A stretch of DNA of 64,000 nt from Neocallimastix sp. 'constans' (taxonomy: Eukaryota). Location: positions 1 to 64,000 of the forward strand of contig JBODTK010000121.1 of NCBI GenBank assembly GCA_050613775.1, in the 5' to 3' direction. The notes beneath the pieces are model-generated. The model had not been told where the DNA came from. It did not search any database and saw only the letters and a list, made by a program, of their open reading frames with translations. The translations under genes were made by a program, and so were the position numbers. This document shows positions 42,623-54,371 of the stretch, piece by piece. Positions within the stretch are counted from its first letter, which is position 1; each line of letters begins with the position of its first letter.

Positions 42623-42932
42623 AGATAGATAAAAGTATAATTTAAAAAAAAAATTAACTGTATGAAAAAAAAAATAAATTTTAACTGAAGTTATTTATAG
42701 AAAATCTTTTTTTTACAGTGAATTTTTTGAAGGAACTATATATATTATGTTTTATATATAAAATTTTTATATATATAAAAAGAAAAAAAATATGCGAATA
42801 TTCATAAAAAAAAAATGTATGTATATATATGATATATATTTGAAAATAAATATAAATTATAATTAAAATAAATAAAATAGATTTTTTTTTATTACTATGT
42901 TAGTAAATTTTTAAAATTATAGTTGCGTTGTA

Positions 42933-42963
<31 letters not shown>

Positions 42964-43139
42964 TCGTTTAAATAAAATAAATAAATAAATAATAAAAAAG
43001 AAAAAAAAAATTTGATGATATATAGAATATTGATTATTCTTAAAAAAAAAAATTAAAATAACAATATAACGTATTAAATAATATTTATCTAAAATATATA
43101 AAATATATACAATTTTAAAACATGAATTTTAGATAATTA

Positions 43140-43181
<42 letters not shown>

Positions 43182-43378
43182 ATTTTTATATTCCTATAGA
43201 AAGGAAGTAAAAATAATATAATAAAGAAATAAATAAATAAAAAAGTTAAATGTATAAAAAAAAAATAAAGTAAAATAAAATTAAAATAAAATAAAACAAA
43301 AGTAAAATAAAAAGAAATAAAAATAAAGATAAATCTTTTTATCCTAAAAAATTAAATATTAAAATTACTTTTATGTAA

Positions 43379-43435
<57 letters not shown>

Positions 43436-44317
43436 ATGATTTTGTCCATTGTTTTATAAAAAATTTATCTTTCCAAATTTTTTTTGAAAAATTTATTATT
43501 ATGTGATGAAAAACATAAAACATAAATTATTTTTTAGTCATGAAGAAAATTTAAAAATGAATATTGAATGACAAACGATTATTCTATTATCTTAATTTGA
43601 AGTTATTACTTCAAAAGTGATAATAGATGTATCAAGTTTGATATAAAATTTAATATAAATGAATTTGTTTTATTATTATTAATAATTAAGTTATTATTAT
43701 TCTAGCTTAACACTGAATTGTTATTAATTTTTCAAAATTATACATTTCTTTTGTGTTTAGAATTAATTTTTATTGTTATATTTATTAATTTTTATTATTA
43801 TTTATTAATTTTTATTATTATTTATTAATATAATATTTGGTTATTATTTTTTTATTACATTTCTAATAACAACGAGAAATTAATTTTATAAAATATTTAC
43901 AAGTATTTATATTTTTACAATAATTTAATGTACTTACAATTTTTAATAATAAAACAATTAAGAATAATTATATTTATAAAAATAAACAATAAAATAAACA
44001 AATAAACAATTAATACAAGAATTATTATAAACAAAGAATTCAAAATAATAAAAAAAGAGAAAATTGTTTACAAACTATTTACTTTTAATTAAAAAGAGAA
44101 ATTAATTAACATTAGTATTTTATTATTTTAAAAATTAAAATAGAATTAAAGTATAATTTCGAGTTTTAGAATTTAATTAAAATAAATTTTTTTATTATGA
44201 TTTTAATTTCAAATTTTAATTTATTAATTTGTTGTTGAATAGGTTAGATATTATTCAAGCTTTCTAATAATTTTATGTGTAAGAATTCCAATCTGCATTA
44301 TGAATATTGTTTAAATT

Positions 44318-44398
44318 GGCTAAGTGGCGGAGAGGTTAACGCGTCAGGTTTAGGCCCTGGTCACACATGTGGCGTGGGTTCGAATCCCACCTTAGTCA
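44318..44398 (+). tRNA. tRNA-Leu (anticodon TAG)
   Basis: Acceptor stem GGCTAAG/CTTAGTC, D-arm TGGCGGAGAGG, anticodon arm TCAGG-TTTAGGC-CCTGG, long variable arm, T-arm GTGGGTTCGAATCCCAC, discriminator A, followed by T-runs. Confidence 0.95.
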
Positions 44399-44409
44399 TA
44401 TTTTTAATT

Positions 44410-44815
44410 TTTACGTGCTGTGTCTCCTTCTTGGCGGAAATGCAGTATTTGAAATCTTAAAGATCGGCTCGGGGGAAAGAAGGCGATTTATTAATAATAT
44501 TTTTCAATCACCTTCGAACGAGTCTTCTTTCCCGATTTCATATTTTGTGGGACTTGCGGAATTCCTTACGAACGTTATGCCTATTGTGATTGGTGATTTT
44601 TACACCATGATCGATTTGTATAGTGTTAGACCTACCGTTGTCAAGAGCTTCGACGTCGTAACGATAAGGCAAAGAAGAAATTCTGATACAGATTCGAATG
44701 ATAATTTTCATCCACATGGAGTTATCTTCGATGAATGGGAAGAGTTAGAGGCCATTTCGTCCTCGAATCTCATAACGTAGTTTTTTAATATTAATATAAA
44801 AAAAAAAAAAAATTT
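44410..44815 (+). mobile_element. Probable 5'-truncated non-LTR retrotransposon 3' end with poly(A) tail
   Basis: GC-elevated open frame ending at 44780 (YFVGLAEFLTNVMP...KSFDVVTIRQRRNSD), then an A-run at ~44798-44812. A second fragment lies at 46866-46917. The peptide pattern resembles the 34.3 and 59.5 kb repeats. LINE identity is inferred; no RT domain is present. Confidence 0.55.
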
Positions 44816-44875
44816 CATGTATTTAAACTTCATGTATTTTTTAAAAAAATATTATTAAATAAAGTTTATTCCTAG

Positions 44876-44905
<30 letters not shown>

Positions 44906-44913
<8 letters not shown>

Positions 44914-45156
44914 AATATTGTTTATTTAAAAAAAAATATATATATATATATATGTATGTTTTAATTAAAGCTTCCTTCTATGATAGAAATGAAATTTAAA
45001 AAAAAAAAAATTGAATATATAATAACTTATTCTTTATATAATCTGTATTTTTTTTTTTTTTTTTTTTTTGTCAACTTCATTTCTATCATAGAAGGAAACT
45101 TTAATTAAAACTACATATATATATATATATATATTAAATAAACAATATTCATTTTT
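44906..45156. repeat. ~250-bp hairpin / MITE-like palindrome
   Basis: ATGAATATTGTTTATTTAA...TTTTAATTAAAGCTTCCTTCTATGATAGAAATGAA pairs with TTCATTTCTATCATAGAAGGAAACTTTAATTAAAA...TTAAATAAACAATATTCAT. Confidence 0.9.
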
Positions 45157-46865
45157 AAATTTTTTTCATAACTAATATAATTTATGTTTAATAATAATAA
45201 AATTTTCAAAAAAATTTTGGGAAGATAAATTTTTTACAACCATGGATAAAATCAATAATTAAAAAAAAAAAAAAAAAAAAATAAAATAAAAAAAAAAAAA
45301 ATTAATATTAACGTAAAAGTAATTTTAATATTTAATTTTTTTAGGATAAAAAGATTTTTCTTTATTTTTATTTCTTTTTATTTTACTTTTATTTTATTTT
45401 ATTTTATTTTTTTTTTTTGGACATTTTACTTTTATATTTATTTATTTATTTATTTATTTATTATATTATTTTTATTTCCTTTCTATAGGAATATATAATA
45501 TAAAATTATATAAAAGTATGAGTATTAATTATACAATTTTTTTTTTTTTTAAACTTAATTATCATAATAATCAATTCAGACATTAATTCTACTGCTAATT
45601 ATTTTAACAATAAAAATACTCTTATATTATAATATTAACAATAACATGAGAAAATATATATTATAGATAGTGATATTCTGGATTTTAATAAGTTAAATTG
45701 AGTAAAATAACACAAAAGAATAATTATATTAAATAAAAAGAAACAAAAGAAAAATAAGTTAAAAAAAAAAAAAAAAAGAAAAGAAAATAAGTATAAAAAG
45801 TTATACATATATAAGAAATAAATATAGTTATAAATAAAAATATAAAAAAAAAATATATATATATACAAATATATAAATTAAAATACTTGATTTATGTCCT
45901 TCTGTACCACAGTGATAGTCTCAATGACAATGATGAGTAATATTAATACATTTCATTTCCTTTGGCATAAAGAAATAAGGATATGCAATATCATTATCTT
46001 CTTTTGGAGCATAATATTAACATTATATATAGACTATCATTTAAAAGTTTTTTATCTTTAATTTTAATACTTCCTCAAAAGTACTATATAATGTATATAT
46101 TTTTATTTATAAGTTATTAAATATTTTACTTTTATTAATAATTAAAAAAATTTAATAAAAATTCAAAAAAAAAAAAAAAAAAAAAAAAAAATTATTTTTT
46201 AGTATATTTTTAAAATAAATTTTATGCGTTTTCAAGATGAATTAATGAATTTAATGATTATGAATTTCACCTTAAATTTTATTATTGCTTAAATCATTAA
46301 ATAATTTCAAAAAAAAAAAAAAAAAAAAAAATTAGTAATTTATATGTTAAAAAAAAAATAATTAATTTATATATATATATTTTAATTTTTTGAATAAAGA
46401 TTTATAAGATTTTTAAATTTTGATAAATTATCAGAAATATAATTCTATTTATTTTCAGATAAATCTCTATATTTTTATATAATATAATGAATAATAGAAA
46501 AATAATAACATCTCAAATAAAAGTACATATTATAATTTTGTTTATTAACTTCTTATAATTTAAAACTTTTTAATGTTTAAAATTAAAATTTCAGTTAATG
46601 ATTCCTTGAATACAATATAATTTATAATAATATAAATAAAATATATATCATAGAAAATGATGTTATATAATTAATATATTTTAAATATTTTTTTATAATA
46701 AGATTAACACAACACTTTTGAAAATCGTTATATGTGATTTTTGTTTTATCTTTTTTTTTTTTTGTTTTATTTATTTATTTATTTATTTATTTATTCTAAA
46801 ATTTTATATAGTATTTTAAATTATCTTGATTTTAAGTTTTATAAAATTCATATATACTTAAAATC

Positions 46866-46917
46866 CAGTAAAGAATTTCATAAGCCACACAAAACATGAA
46901 ATCGGGAAAGAAGACTC
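46866..46917 (-). repeat. Short inverted fragment homologous to 44520-44570
   Basis: CACAAAACATGAAATCGGGAAAGAAGACTC is the reverse complement (one mismatch) of GAGTCTTCTTTCCCGATTTCATATTTTGTG. Confidence 0.8.
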
Positions 46918-48311
46918 TATTAAATAATTGTTATAATTATTATTAAAAAATAATCAATACTGAAAATTTAATATTATTTTATTTTATATTCATAATTATG
47001 ATATTTTTATATAACATTTTGTTATTTATTATTATTATTATTATTTTTAAAACAAATAATATATGCACCAGCACTGAAAACATTTTTATTAATTATTTTT
47101 ACAATTATATTTTAATAATAAACAAAATCAATTATTACATAGATATTACTTTTATAATGTTTATTTTTTGAAAATTTCATTATTTTATTTTATTTTAGTT
47201 TGTCAAAAAAAAAAAAATAATAAAAGTAAAAATAAAAGAATATATATATAAAAAAAAAAAAATGAAAAAAAAAATTTAATAATAGAAGTTATTTTAATAG
47301 TATAAATTTAATAAATTTATTGTTTATTGAAGTTTTTTTTTTTTTTTTTTATTCATAATTTTTAATTAGAACAATTATATCTGAAATACATTTAATATAA
47401 CAAAATAACTAAGAGAAAGGTTTTGGTAATTTTTAATTTTTTCATTTTTTTTTTTTTTTCAATTTTAATTTTTTTTTTTTTAATTTTATTTTATTATTAT
47501 TACATCAATGGATATAATTCCATATTTTATTAAAATATATTAATAGAAATTAAATATAATATTAAAAAAATTATTTTTTCAATAAAATTTAGAATTATTT
47601 CTTTCTTATTTAGTAAAAATTATAAACATAAAAAAAATCAATTACCAATTGTTATGATTTAATTTATATAGCTATTTACAATTTTTTTTTTATATATATA
47701 TATTTATTTCAATACTATAATTTTAAATATATATAAATAACAGAAATAGTAGAAATATTAATCTTATACAATATTAACAGAATCTATACGTACTATTCTT
47801 TCAACATATTAATAAATAAAAACTTTCCCTGTCATTTATTAGAAAAAATAAAATATTAAAATCTATGAAAATATATTAAATCCATTCTATTTTAAACTAT
47901 TTTAAAAAAATCAATACCTCATTTCAAATTTATATTTTTAAAAATTTTATTTAAAAAGATTTAATGAAGATACATCATTTAATTTACATAATTATTTTTT
48001 TATAAAGTTTATTAAGATATATATTAAAAATTCAAAAAATTAAAATTTATATAAAAGTTTTATCAATTTTTGAAATAAAAAAAAATAATAATAAAATTTC
48101 TAAATTTAATAATAAATTTATAATATATTAAATACTAACTTTTAAAATATATAAAAAAAAAAAATAAAAAATAAAAAAAAAAAAAATATATATATATATA
48201 TATATACATTATATACATATATTTATGAATACTAAAAAAATATATATATATATAATTTATTAATTTAATATATTTAATGATTTACTAGTATTCATAAATA
48301 GCTTGGATAAC

Positions 48312-49442
48312 TTAATTAGAAGTTTTACGATGGGCTTCTGGGTAAGTACTTATACCCTTCTTCCAAGCTTCAACAGCAGCTGGAGAGGAATCAAGAGCCC
48401 AGTCACCTTCATTATCCGGCTTACTTTCACTGAACCATACAAGACCTACAATTTTTGGGAATTTTTCTGGAAGAACACGGAACATATCTGTAATCCAACC
48501 AGCTTTATCACCTCCTAATTCTGAAGAAGAAAATTCAGCAAGGAACATAGGCTTATTGAATTGAGAAATTGCTTGATAGGAAGGTGTAAATACCTCTTCA
48601 AAGGAACTCCAACTAGACCAACTTTGAGCAGTACCCCAATTGTAACCATCGATAGAAATATAGTCTACATATTCGTCTCCTGGATATGAACCTCTAAAAG
48701 TACTTGAACCAGAATTACTGCAATTGGTTGTCCAGATCCATTTTACATTATTCACACCTAAACCACGGAAAATATCTACAATGTGACGGTAAGCACCGGC
48801 AACCTTATCTTCGGCATTGTTGACACTGTCTTTACCAGTACCCCAAGTGTACCAGTCTCCATTGGATTCATGAAGAGGACGAAGCCAAATTTCATCACCA
48901 AATTCTTTGACTCCATTAGCAAAAGTTTTAATGTAGTCGTCGGCTGCACCATCAAGAATATTTTGAGCTGTATGAGGAGTAGGCATCCAAGAAATCATAG
49001 TAATAGAACCATTTTCCTTAGCAATTTGAAGGTATTCACGTGCCCAATTCCAATCATTATATTGCCATATGACAAATAAATGAACAACATCTAAATGTCT
49101 TTCTTGTAAAGCTTGGAAAGCTGCAATATTTTGAGCTGTAGGTTGCTTAACGTCTTTTCCTCCAACCCAAGCCCCAAAGAACATAGAATCAAAAGTATTT
49201 CCACTAACAACTAATGAATTGGAAGTATTATTAATTTGTGCTTGAACTTGATTATTAGATCCTTCTGGTTGCATGAAACACCAATTTCCATTTTCTATAC
49301 CCCAATTACCACTATTATCAACGTATCTTACTTCATTATTACCTGGAGAGCAGCAACCATATTCAGTATTGGAACAATTTGCAGTGGCACCAGCAAAGAA
49401 TAAACTTGTAACTGCTATGATGTTTAATAATTTCATCATCAT
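48312..49442 (-). CDS. Secreted dockerin-GH26 glycanase (lichenase/mannanase family; resembles clostridial Lic26A type)
   Basis: Signal peptide; N-terminal dockerin (YGCC...VDNSGNWGIENGNWC); GAWVG, WLRPLHESNGDWY (acid/base), YPGDEYVDYISIDGYNWG, KPMFLAEF (nucleophile). Confidence 0.93.
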   Translation of the reverse strand: MMMKLLNIIAVTSLFFAGATANCSNTEYGCCSPGNNEVRYVDNSGNWGIENGNWCFMQPEGSNNQVQAQINNTSNSLVVSGNTFDSMFFGAWVGGKDVKQPTAQNIAAFQALQERHLDVVHLFVIWQYNDWNWAREYLQIAKENGSITMISWMPTPHTAQNILDGAADDYIKTFANGVKEFGDEIWLRPLHESNGDWYTWGTGKDSVNNAEDKVAGAYRHIVDIFRGLGVNNVKWIWTTNCSNSGSSTFRGSYPGDEYVDYISIDGYNWGTAQSWSSWSSFEEVFTPSYQAISQFNKPMFLAEFSSSELGGDKAGWITDMFRVLPEKFPKIVGLVWFSESKPDNEGDWALDSSPAAVEAWKKGISTYPEAHRKTSN

Positions 49443-49546
49443 TATTTATATTTAAATTTTTATTAGTCTTTTATTTTTATTTTTTTTATTTTTTTTTTAT
49501 TTTATTTGTTGTTTATTTCTTTTTTTATAAAAAAGATATGAAATCT

Positions 49547-49805
49547 TAATATCAAATATATATTGAAATTAAAAGTATGAAATAAAAATGAAAATTAATA
49601 AATAAATTTTTTTATTTATATTTCCACGTAAAAAATAGAGGTATTTATATCTTTTTTTATTTATATATATAAATTAATATCAAATATATATTGAAATTAA
49701 AAGTATGAAATAAAAATGAAAATTAATAAATAAATTTTTTTATTTATATTTCCACGTAAAAAATAGAGGTATTTATATCTTTTTTTATTTATATATATAA
49801 ATTAT
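49547..49805. repeat. Near-perfect ~129-bp tandem duplication just upstream of the GH26 start
   Basis: TAATATCAAATATATATTGAAATTAAAAGTATG...TTTCCACGTAAAAAATAGAGGTA occurs twice. Confidence 0.92.
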
Positions 49806-51365
49806 TATAAATATTATTATAAGTATTATTTTTAATATTATTCATTAAATTTATTAGTATAAATATAATTATATATAAAATTTTTAATTTGTTAATATTT
49901 TAAAATTTTTGAATTACCAATTATTTTGGATTCATTTACAAATTCTAATAATTTTATTTTTTATTATTTAATATTTTAATATGTTCATACATGTAAATCC
50001 TTACAATTTCATTTAAAAAAATTTTTTTTTTTTTTGTTTTAATTAAAAAAATTATTAATTATTTGTCAAATCTAAAAAGTAAAAAGAATAAAACTTTAAT
50101 ATAAATATAAAATAAAATTATAAAACAAATATGATTTTTTAAAGCGGTCAAATTTCAAATTTTTTGTTTGAAATTTATTTTTTTTTTTATTTATTTTTTT
50201 TTTTTATTTTTAAATCTTTTTTATAAGTAATAAAATTATTGTTTTAAACTACTTAAAATAATTATATTATGAACTTTATTTAATATTATTTCAATCTACT
50301 AACTTTTAGTATAATTAAAAAAATTTCCATATTTTTAATACATAATTTAAATTTTAATAATATTTAAAGTTTTAAAATATATATTAAAGATATTATTAAT
50401 TAACTAAAAAGGAGAATAAAATATTCAGAATGATTAAAATATAAAAAGATAAAAAAAAAAAAGTCATCTTTCATCTTTTAAACCAACAAACAACTCAATA
50501 AAAAAAATAAAATAATTAAATTTCCTTTTTTTTTTATTATTAATATTAAAATAAAATATATAAAAATTTATATAGAATTTTTTTTGTTAATATAATCGTA
50601 AATATCATTATTATTTAACCTTAATATATACTAATTTATTCTTTCGGATTTTATAATTTTATTATCAATTTTTTAATTTCATTATATAATTTCATATTTA
50701 AGTAATAAATATATATTACTTATATATGAAATTCCTATTTATAATGTATACTAATTGAATTATCCTTTCTCCATTTCTATTTAATCGTTTCAATATTATT
50801 CTAAATAATTTAAAGTATTTAGTGTAATACTATGTAGAGGATTTTTATAAATATTTTATTATATGCATTTTTATTATAATTCAGTTACTCTAATTATTAT
50901 TTTAATTATTACCTATCATAACTAAAATTTGTTTTATAGTACAACGTACAATATATAAAATAATTTTTTTATCATTATATATAACGGTAAATATTTTAAA
51001 TTTTAAAATTTAAATAAATATATTTATAATAAATATTATTAATTATTAAATAAAATTCAATAGGATTTTTTTTTTTTTTTTTTATTTTTTTATTTTTATT
51101 TGTTTGTTTGTATGTTTCTTGTTTCTTGTTTTTTTATTTTTTGTTTTATTTTTTTTAATATATTTTAGTTTTTAAATTTAATTAATTATACCAATAATAA
51201 ATTTAAATTTATGACTCATATGAACATTAACAAATAAATAAATTTATTTTTTACATAAAAAGTAAAATAGTAAAAAATAAATTTATGAATAGATTAAATA
51301 ACTAAATAATTTAAGTAAAGTATATCCATAAATTAAAAAGTCATATGAACATAAATAAGCTTTTT

Positions 51366-51868
51366 GAGGGTGGTGCGTTTCGGAATGTGGCTTTAAAAAT
51401 CTTTAGATAAAATTTCATTTCGGAATGTGGCTTATATTATTTTTTATAAATTTTTTGTTTATGAATATAATATTTAAAAAATTAAAATAAAATAGCACAT
51501 ATAATTTCTTTGAAAAAATAATTATTAAAAATATTTAAAATGTGATATATAAATATAAATAAATATGAAAATATTTTATTTTATTTTTTTTGTATTTTAT
51601 TTTTTTAATCTTTTTATTTTTTTATTTCTTTATTTTTTTTTAATTTTTTTTATTTTTTTTATTTGTTTTTTTTTTTAATTTTTTTTATTTTTTTTTTTAT
51701 TTTTTATTATCAAATATATATTAAATTATGAAATTATTATAAAATAAAATATTTATTTAATTATTATTTAATTATTTATTTATATAAAAAAATTTATATA
51801 TAATACGCCATCTCAAAAAACATGTGGCTTAAATATATTCACGTGCGGTTCCGAAACGCGCTCTCCCG
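51366..51868. mobile_element. Mutator-like MITE (~500 bp)
   Basis: Left end GGGTGGTGCGTTTCGGAA and right end TTCCGAAACGCGCTCTCCC. Flanked by the direct repeat AGCTTTTT (51358-51365 and 51869-51876). Confidence 0.75.
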
Positions 51869-51907
51869 AGCTTTTTATAAATATAAAGAAAAGTTATTAG
51901 TTTTATA

Positions 51908-54371
51908 GGATGTGGTGTATTTCATAAAGTTGCATTTCGCAATGTGACGTTTAGTCTTGTAAATCGACTCATAAATTTTTAAATATTTTTTAATACAATT
52001 ATAAATAAATAAATAAAAATTGTGTTATTAAAAAATAAATGTTTTAAATATTTTCTTAATTACTTTGTAATAAAAAAAGTCTGAATAATTTAATATATAT
52101 TTATTTATAATAAATAATTAAATTTAAATAGTAAAAATAAATAATAAATAATTAAATATAAATAATAAATAATTATATTAATTTTTTATTTTCTAATATA
52201 TAAAAAATAAAATATTTTCTTAAAATCACTTTATAATAAGAAAAAAAAACATAAAAAGTAAAATAAAAAATAAATAATTAAAACTAATTTATTCATTATA
52301 AATAAAAAAATAATAAATAACTTATCATTTATAACAAATAATGAAAAAATTTTTTCTTATTTTAAATTTTAATTTTATTAAATAAATGTTTATTTAAAAG
52401 ATTTTTAAACATAGCATATATAATTAAATATATTTATTTAAATATTTATCATTAAATATTTCTAAATGATTATTTTATTATTAGTTTTATTAATATCATT
52501 TTTATCCATATCATCAATTTTATGAATACTATAAAACAAATTTTCTATTAAATATTTTTATTTTTTTTTTTATTTTATGAACAACTTTTATACTATAAAA
52601 CAAAAATTTTCTATTAAAATGTTAATATAAAAAAAATAAATAAAATAAAATTATTAAATATTTTTATTAATATCTTTTATATTGTTGATTTTATAAATAC
52701 TATAAAATTAATATACATGAAAGTTAAAAAATATTTTATTTATATATTTAAAGATTTTATAAAACTTTTAATTTTAATTTTTATATTAATAAAAGGATTA
52801 ATTTTTTTAAAGATTTTTTTTATTATTATTATTATTTTAAGAATATTTAAATAATATTTTTTTTATATAATTCTAAAGATATAGAAGAAATTTTAATTTT
52901 TAAATTTTTATTTTAAATATTTTTTATAGATTTAAGGAATATTTTATTTTTTTTTAAATATATATAATGAAATTTTCAAAATTATTTTTTTTAAATATAT
53001 ATATATTGAAAATTTCAAAAATATTTTATTTTTTTTTAAATAATACTTTATTTTTAAATAATTCTACTATTTATTTTATTTTATTTTATTTTATTTTATT
53101 TTATTTTATTTTATTTTATTTTATTTTATTTTATTTTATTTTATTTTATTTTATTTTATTTTATTCAATCTGTACTTTATATTCATATTTCTATTATTTA
53201 TTTTATTTTATTTTATTTTATTCAATCTGTACTTTATATTCATATTTCTACTATTTATTTTATTTTATTTTATTTTATTTTATTTTATTTTATTCAATCT
53301 GTACTTTATATTCATATTTCTACTATTTATTTTATTTTATTTTATTTTATTTTATTTTATTCAATCTGTACTTTATATTCACATTTCTACTATTTATTTT
53401 ATTTTATTTTATTTTATTTTATTTTATTTTATTTTATTTTATTTTATTTTATTTTATTTTATTTTATTTTATTCAATCTGTACTTTATATTCACATTTCT
53501 ACTATTTATTTTATTTTATTTTATTTTATTCAATCTGTACTTTATATTCACATTTCTACTATTTATTTTATTTTATTTTATTTTATTCAATCTGTACTTT
53601 ATATTCATATTTCTACTATTTATTTTATTTTATTTTATTTTATTCAATCTGTACTTTATATTCATATTTCTACTATTTATTTTATTTTATTTTATTTTAT
53701 TTTATTTTATTTTATTTTATTTTATTTTATTTTATTTTATTTTATTTTATTTTATTTTATTTTATTTTATTCAATCTGTACTTTATATTCATATTTCTAT
53801 TATTTATTTTATTTTATTTTATTTTATTCAATCTGTACTTTATATTCATATTTCTACTATTTATTTTATTTTATTTTATTCAATCTGTACTTTATATTCA
53901 TATTTCTACTATTTATTTTATTTTATTTTATTTTATTTTATTTTATTTTATTCAATCTGTACTTTATATTCATATTTCTACTATTTATTTTATTTTATTT
54001 TATTTTATTTTATTTTATTTTATTTTATTTTATTTTATTTTATTTTATTTTATTTTATTTTATTTTATTTTATTTTATTTTATTTTATTTTATTTTATTT
54101 TATTTTATTTTATTTTATTTTATTTTATTTTATTTTATTTTATTTTATTTTATTTTATTTTATTTTATTTTATTTTATTTTATTTTATTTTATTTTATTT
54201 TATTTTATTTATTTTTTTTTTTTTTATAATAAATATAAAAAAGAATAATAATAATAATAAAAAACATTTACCATAATTTGACATAATTTGACATTATTTA
54301 TTAAAATTATTTATTTATTAATTTATTTATTAAAATTTTTAAAGTCATATTTTGTAAAAATGCAACGCTCC
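51908..54371 (+). mobile_element. Non-autonomous Mutator-like element containing a satellite array
   Basis: Left end GGATGTGGTGTATTTCATAAAGTTGCATTTCGCAATGTGACG; right end AAAGTCATATTTTGTAAAAATGCAACGCTCC. 9-bp TSD AGTTTTATA/TGTTTTATA (8/9 match). Internal 52275-52460 is homologous to 26290-26455 of the MULE remnant. Confidence 0.72.
53062..54210 (-). repeat. Second satellite array, (TTTTA)n with core variant AGTAGAAAT(A/G)TGAATATAAAGTACAGATTG (read on the minus strand)
   Basis: About a dozen copies of CAATCTGTACTTTATATTCA(T/C)ATTTCTACT. Confidence 0.97.

Larger units (their letters stand above)
43183..45497. mobile_element. Fold-back-like element with ~310-bp inverted arms (43183-43502 and ~45190-45497)
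   Basis: TTCCTATAGAAAGGAAGTAAAAATAATATAATA pairs with TATTATATTATTTTTATTTCCTTTCTATAGGAA. ATCTTTTTATCCTAAAAAATTAAATATTAAAATTACTTTTA pairs with its reverse complement at ~45315-45356. Confidence 0.75.

Noticed and set aside
44275..44460. 61-aa ORF and the 5' part of ORF 44367-44780
   Set aside because: Both overlap the tRNA-Leu gene, so the starts are fortuitous.
52967..54229. 420-aa ORF
   Set aside because: It is a stop-free reading of the (TTTTA)n satellite (FYFIL repeats).
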